Under the pieces are notes generated by a model. That model worked only from the letters and a program-made list of their open reading frames with translations, made no database searches and was not told where the DNA came from. Of a stretch of DNA of 41,235 nt, positions 36,695 through 41,235 are shown piece by piece (the first letter of the stretch is position 1; every line of letters starts with the position of its first letter). Both the position numbers and the translations under genes were made by a program. This stretch comes from Candidatus Omnitrophota bacterium (GTDB taxonomy: Bacteria; Omnitrophota; Gorgyraeia; JAGLLT01). The stretch spans positions 1 to 41,235 of the forward strand of contig JAGLLT010000043.1 in NCBI GenBank assembly GCA_023140385.1, given 5' to 3'.

Positions 36695-36791
36695 AAGAAA
36701 AAGGTGACTAAGCGGGCCGCGGCCGCATATACCGATACAGCGGTTATATCTAAATCCGCCTATCTTGATGGTATGTTTTTTTATAAATAGC

Positions 36792-36820
36792 TTGACCTTA
36801 TCCGTATAGCCAAATATAAT
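36792..36820 (+). promoter_or_regulatory. sigma70-type promoter of the second glnA
   Basis: TTGACC-17bp-TATAAT. Confidence 0.78.
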
Positions 36821-36882
36821 ATAAACTTAAATAATATTGTGTTTATAGGCTATACCAACCTTACTAAAAAAAGGGGGTATGT

Positions 36883-38316
36883 ATGTTTAAGAAGACTGAA
36901 GATGTACGCAGCTTTATTAAGAAAAATGATATACGAATGGTTGATTTAAAATTTGCCGACCTTTGCGGCAAGCTTTATCATATCACCATTCCTGCCAAGA
37001 ACTTTTCCACTAAAACGGTAAAAGAGGGCATTGGTTTTGACGGTTCAAGCATAGGTTTTAAGGCAATTGAGTGCGGAGATATGTGCGCTATGCCCGATCT
37101 TGCGACTGGCGCCCTTGATCCTTTCTGGGATACTCCCACTTTAAGTTTTATGTGCAATTCAGTTGAAGCTGATACAAAAGCTGAGTTTCGCATGGATCCC
37201 AGAACGATTGCCCAAAAAGCGGAGAACTATCTTAAAAAGAGCGGCATTGCCGATACGGCTTATTTCGGGCCGGAATTTGAATTTTATATTTTTGATAAAG
37301 TCATCTTGGAAAATGAACCCTGCGCCACATCCTTTAAAATTATATGCGAAGAGTCCATTGCAGGCAGAGAAAAAGGTATAGTGCCGTCTCCCGGACATAA
37401 GATGCTGCATAAGCAGGGTTATCACCAGGCTCCTCCTCTGGACGCGTTTTATAATACAAGAGCTAATATTGTAGAAGAGATTGAAAAATACGGCATAAGC
37501 GTTCATTATCATCATCACGAAGTAGGCGCGCCGGGCCAGTCGGAGATTGAAATTGATTTAAGGCCTCTATGTGAAGTTGCCGATAACACTATGGCTATTA
37601 AGTATATTGTTAAAAATATGGCTGAAAAATTAGGCAAAGTAGTCACTTTTATGCCTAAGCCACTTTATGGGGAAGCTGGAAGCGGTATGCATGTACACCA
37701 GTTTCTTAAGAAAAACGGGAAAAATGTTTTCTATGACAAAAAAGGGAAGTACGCGAATTTAAGCAAGACAGCCCTTTATTACATTGGCGGCATATTGAAA
37801 CATGGAAGGGCGTTAACGGCGTTGACTAATCCCAGCACTAACTCTTTTAAAAGGCTGGTACCCGGCTATGAAGCGCCGGTAAATCTATTTTTCTCTCTGG
37901 CCAACAGAAGCGCCGCAATTAGGATACCCAAGTATGCCATTAAAGAAGCTGATAAAAGGCTGGAATACCGCCCGCCCGATTTTACCTGTAATATTTATTA
38001 CTGCCTGGCCGCTCTTTTAATGGCCGGAATAGACGGTGTCAAGAATAAAATAGATCCGACAAAAAATCACTGCGGCCCTTACGACATAGACATTTTCAAC
38101 GCGCCGGAAAGTATAAAGAACAAAATAGTTCCTTTGCCGGTTTCCCTGGAGGAGTCGCTGGAAGCCCTCAAAAAAGATTACGAGTTTCTTCTTAAGGGGG
38201 ATGTGTTTAGTGAGGACTTAATTAAGAGTTGGATTGATAAAAAAATGACAGATGAAGCGGACGCTATAAGAAATAGGCCGCATCCTTATGAGTTTCAGCT
38301 TTATTTTGGCGTTTGA
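36883..38316 (+). CDS. glnA: Glutamine synthetase type I (long, GSI-beta-like)
   Basis: 'FDGSSI', 'GPEFEF', 'HHHEV', 'FMPKPLYGEAGSGMHVH', 'KRLVPGYEAP', 'NRSAAIRIP', 'RPHPYEF.LY'. Confidence 0.95.
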   Translation: MFKKTEDVRSFIKKNDIRMVDLKFADLCGKLYHITIPAKNFSTKTVKEGIGFDGSSIGFKAIECGDMCAMPDLATGALDPFWDTPTLSFMCNSVEADTKAEFRMDPRTIAQKAENYLKKSGIADTAYFGPEFEFYIFDKVILENEPCATSFKIICEESIAGREKGIVPSPGHKMLHKQGYHQAPPLDAFYNTRANIVEEIEKYGISVHYHHHEVGAPGQSEIEIDLRPLCEVADNTMAIKYIVKNMAEKLGKVVTFMPKPLYGEAGSGMHVHQFLKKNGKNVFYDKKGKYANLSKTALYYIGGILKHGRALTALTNPSTNSFKRLVPGYEAPVNLFFSLANRSAAIRIPKYAIKEADKRLEYRPPDFTCNIYYCLAALLMAGIDGVKNKIDPTKNHCGPYDIDIFNAPESIKNKIVPLPVSLEESLEALKKDYEFLLKGDVFSEDLIKSWIDKKMTDEADAIRNRPHPYEFQLYFGV

Positions 38317-38331
38317 TTTTTAGGGAAAGCA

Positions 38332-39117
38332 ATGTCCAATACGAAATACAAATATATATACGGGCCTGTTTCCTCCTGGAGGCTGGGTAGTTCGCTGGGG
38401 ATAGACCTGCTCTCGCAAGACAGGAAAATCTGTACCTTTAACTGTCTTTATTGCCAGCTGGGGGGCTTTGAAGAGTACACAAACCAAAGAAAGGCCTATG
38501 TACCTACAAAAGACGTAATGGCTGAAATAAAGTCTTTGCCTGATGTTAAGATAGACTACTTTACCTTTTCAGGCCGGGGAGAGCCAACCCTGGCAAAGAA
38601 CCTGGGAGAAGCGATTAACGAGCTGAGGAAGATAAGAAAAGAACAGATAGCCGTTTTAACTAACTCAACCCTGCTTCAGAATGAAGAGGTAAGAAAAGAA
38701 CTGGCTCTGGCTGACTACGTAGCCTTAAAATTGGATGCCTGTTCGCAGGCAACTCTTGAAAGCATTAATAAACCGGCGCCAGAGATAAAGTTTGATGAAT
38801 TACTCGAAAGTATAAAGATTTTTCGGAATAACTTTTCAGGCACGACTGCTTTACAGATGATGTTTGTTGACGAAAACGAAGGCTATGCCGAGAAGTTTGT
38901 AGAGTTAGCCCGGGAGATTGCTCCTGATGAGGTCCAGATAAACACGCCCCTGAGGGCCTGCAGAGTGAAGCCTCTATCGAAAGAGAAGTTGCACCGGATA
39001 AAGGAGCTTTTTTCTTCTTTGCCAATGGAGATAAAGTGCGTATATGAAGCTGAGCGGAAAGAGGCTGCCGTTATTTCTAAAGAGGATACGTTGAAGAGGA
39101 GAGGCTGTACGAATTAA
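38332..39117 (+). CDS. Radical SAM protein
   Basis: 'YGPVSSWRLGSSLGID', CxxxCxxC 'CTFNCLYC', 'SGRGEPTL'. Confidence 0.9.
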   Translation: MSNTKYKYIYGPVSSWRLGSSLGIDLLSQDRKICTFNCLYCQLGGFEEYTNQRKAYVPTKDVMAEIKSLPDVKIDYFTFSGRGEPTLAKNLGEAINELRKIRKEQIAVLTNSTLLQNEEVRKELALADYVALKLDACSQATLESINKPAPEIKFDELLESIKIFRNNFSGTTALQMMFVDENEGYAEKFVELAREIAPDEVQINTPLRACRVKPLSKEKLHRIKELFSSLPMEIKCVYEAERKEAAVISKEDTLKRRGCTN

Positions 39118-39144
39118 CCGGACATATGAAAACAGGGGGTTTTT

Positions 39145-39357
39145 ATGGCAGAGTGTAAAATAGAGGAAAATAAATCCAGATGTAACTGCACCTATGAACC
39201 CTGTTCAAGAAAGGGTATGTGCTGTGAATGCATCAGTTATCATCGCGAGAGCGGACAGCTTCCGGCCTGTCTTTTTCCAAATGATGTAGAAAGGTCGTAC
39301 GACCGCTCAATCGAAAACTTTATCCGGGTTTACAAGGAGAGAGGCAGATGGTGGTAA
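39145..39357 (+). CDS. Small Cys-rich protein (DUF6485-like)
   Basis: '[21 protein letters not shown]....QLPACLF....E..YDRS'. Confidence 0.75.
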   Translation: MAECKIEENKSRCNCTYEPCSRKGMCCECISYHRESGQLPACLFPNDVERSYDRSIENFIRVYKERGRWW

Positions 39358-40124
39358 AAGAAGTGGAAAAGAGGAAAGAGATAGCTGTCAAGGCGGCTCT
39401 TGAGGCCGGTAAGATGCTTAAGGAAAACTTTGGCAGGATTTCCGGCATAAAAACCAAGTCCGACAGAAATCTTGTTACCGATCTTGACTTAAAGGCTGAT
39501 GAAATTATTACGAACATAATCAAAAAGGCCTTTAAGGATGATAATATTCTCTCTGAAGAAAGAGATATACCGGAGTTGACCGCCGAGTATACCTGGATTA
39601 TTGACCCCATAGACGGAACTCATAACTTCATTCGCAGTATTGATATTTTTGGTGTTTCGGTTGGTGTAGCTCAGGGCGATAAGGTAATAGCCGGGGTTAT
39701 ATATATGCCTATCAGCGGCGAACTTTATTCTGCCGTAAAGGGTAAGAGCGCGTACTGTAACGGCAATGAAATCAATGTTTCCAACAAAGACCTGAGCAGT
39801 TCAACTTTAATTTTTGATTCTACTATACATTATAACAGAGACGCAATGCTTACGAGCCTCGGAAGCCTGGCGGATAAGGTTTTTAATGTCAGGATGCTGG
39901 GTTCGACAGTTAGGGGATTAGGTTATGTCGCGGATGGCAAGGCGGATTTAGAAGTTGAATACAACGATAAAGTTTGGGATTTCGCCGCCGGCTTGCTTAT
40001 TATTGAAGAAGCGGGTGGCAAGGTGACGGATTTAGAGGGTAAAGAGTGGAATATTAAAACGCAAGGTTACGTTGCTTCAAACGGTGTCATGCATGATGAA
40101 GTTATCAGAATAATAAACGGTTAA
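39348..40124 (+). CDS. Inositol monophosphatase family protein
   Basis: 'LVT..D', 'SEE', '[11 protein letters not shown]', 'WDFAAG.LI..EAGG'. Confidence 0.93.
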   Translation: MVVKEVEKRKEIAVKAALEAGKMLKENFGRISGIKTKSDRNLVTDLDLKADEIITNIIKKAFKDDNILSEERDIPELTAEYTWIIDPIDGTHNFIRSIDIFGVSVGVAQGDKVIAGVIYMPISGELYSAVKGKSAYCNGNEINVSNKDLSSSTLIFDSTIHYNRDAMLTSLGSLADKVFNVRMLGSTVRGLGYVADGKADLEVEYNDKVWDFAAGLLIIEEAGGKVTDLEGKEWNIKTQGYVASNGVMHDEVIRIING

Positions 40125-40133
40125 TAGCCTTTA

Positions 40134-40811
40134 ATGGATAATAATATAAAAAGTAACTTCCGGCAGGTAAAGACATCGGTACCGTCTAATATTAATATAG
40201 TTGTAGCGGCGAAGACGCGCGGTGTAGAGGAAGTAAGGGCGGTTATTGAAGCCGGCGCTTCTATTATAGGTGAAAATTACGTTCAGGAGGCCAATCAAAT
40301 AAATGAAGTGTTAGGCGAGTTGGCTATTGATGTTAAATGGCACATGATAGGACACCTGCAGACCAATAAAGTTAAGGCCGCGGTTAAGATATTTGATATG
40401 ATAGAAACGCTTGACTCTGTAAAACTGGCTCAGGAAATAGATAAAAGATGCCGGGAGATAAACAAGGTAATGCCGGTATTGGTTGAAATAAATACTGCCC
40501 GGGAGAGTCAAAAAACGGGTATTTTTCCCCAGGAGTGTCCTGAATTCATAAAGAGCGTCAGCGGATTTTTAAATATCAGGGTAATGGGGTTGATGACAAT
40601 GGGGCCGCAGTTTGGAGACCCTGAAGAGGCCAGAAAGTACTTTAAAGAGGCAAAGGCCGTTTTTGATAAAATAAAAGAAATTGATTTTCCAAATGTTAAT
40701 ATGGAGTATCTTTCTATGGGGATGAGTAATACTTACCGCGTGGCCATAGAAGAAGGAAGCAATATGATAAGGCCGGGAACAATAATATTCGGCAAAAGAG
40801 AAAACGAATAA
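40134..40811 (+). CDS. yggS: PLP homeostasis protein YggS
   Basis: 'GENYVQE', 'WHMIGHLQTNK', 'GLMTM', 'LSMGMS'. Confidence 0.95.
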   Translation: MDNNIKSNFRQVKTSVPSNINIVVAAKTRGVEEVRAVIEAGASIIGENYVQEANQINEVLGELAIDVKWHMIGHLQTNKVKAAVKIFDMIETLDSVKLAQEIDKRCREINKVMPVLVEINTARESQKTGIFPQECPEFIKSVSGFLNIRVMGLMTMGPQFGDPEEARKYFKEAKAVFDKIKEIDFPNVNMEYLSMGMSNTYRVAIEEGSNMIRPGTIIFGKRENE

Positions 40812-40826
40812 AAAAGAAAGGTTATA

Positions 40827-41235
40827 ATGATGAAAAGTATTGAGATTATTAAAAGTAAATGCGCTCCAAACGATGTTAGCAAACTTGAAGCGTTAGAAAA
40901 TCAGGCAGTTCTGGACTTTATTGCCGGGTATCTGGAGCTTTGCAATCCCGATAGCGCCTTTGTGAGAACCGACTCAAAAGAGGATGCCCTCTATATAAGA
41001 AAAAAGACGATAGAGCTGAAGGAGGAGTCTGAACTGGCTGTTGATGGCCATACAATTCACTTTGACGGCTACTTTGATCAGGCAAGGGATAAAAAGAATA
41101 CTAAGTATTTGATACCTGAAGGTGATAATAGGCTGGGAGCTAATATAAATAAAGTAGAAAGAGAGGCGGGGCTAAACGAGATAAATTTATTGCTCAAGGA
41201 CATTATGAAAGGCAAGCAGGTCTACATATGCTTCT
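40827..41235 (+). CDS. pckG: Phosphoenolpyruvate carboxykinase (GTP), N-terminal part; runs off the window and is absent from the ORF track
   Basis: Manual translation MMKSIEIIKSK...LELCNPD...GHTIHFDGYFDQARDK..TKYL... is open to the window end. Confidence 0.72.
   Translation, partial: MMKSIEIIKSKCAPNDVSKLEALENQAVLDFIAGYLELCNPDSAFVRTDSKEDALYIRKKTIELKEESELAVDGHTIHFDGYFDQARDKKNTKYLIPEGDNRLGANINKVEREAGLNEINLLLKDIMKGKQVYICF

Larger units (their letters stand above)
28382..36750 (+). mobile_element. Integron-type gene cassette array without integrase in the window (CALIN)
   Basis: About 12 co-oriented single-gene or TA units separated by ~55-65 bp AAC...GTT inverted-repeat sites sharing CC.GA.CCC.AA...CGGGGCAGGTGA. 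Confidence 0.85.

Noticed and set aside
36706..36749. Terminal attC after the CA-like gene
   Set aside because: Too short (44 bp) and lacks the family's internal motif; not listed as a feature.
28382..36750. CRISPR array interpretation of the recurring repeats
   Set aside because: Repeats are degenerate and separated by whole genes, not 30-40 bp spacers; no cas genes are present.
1..41235. tRNA, rRNA, IS transposase or integrase genes
   Set aside because: None recognised; intergenic gaps are short and accounted for.

Overview
AT-rich bacterial window with essentially all real genes on the + strand; the gene content points to an anaerobe, but the lineage cannot be fixed from sequence alone. 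The backbone is a nitrogen/glutamine-centred cluster: ABC transporter, GNAT, homocitrate-synthase-like enzyme, glnA, Fis-like HTH, gltB-gltD, FMN-binding glutamate synthase, carAB, mnmG, radical SAM, guaA, purF, nfnAB, a second glnA, radical SAM, IMPase, yggS and a partial GTP-PEPCK. Four non-coding layers sit on this backbone. (1) Three ANTAR-type twin-hairpin/terminator leaders precede glnA, the FMN glutamate synthase and carAB. (2) An integrase-less, decaying integron-type cassette array (about 28.4-36.7 kb) has a homogeneous ~60-bp attC family and three toxin-antitoxin cassettes, with a satellite TA cassette at about 21.2-22.0 kb. (3) REP-like palindromes (GGGGTCAAGTCTCGACTTGACTAC) sit at broken attC sites, and a sharp C/A third-position skew runs up to the array edge. 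(4) A four-helix-bundle (IVP/Avd-like) gene is bracketed by inverted 7-nt tandem repeats, and gene-less heptamer elements are inserted in frame in carB and nfnB. Layer 4 and the REP/attC interplay are the best candidates for an undescribed system. All counts and alignments were done by eye; no database searches were run.
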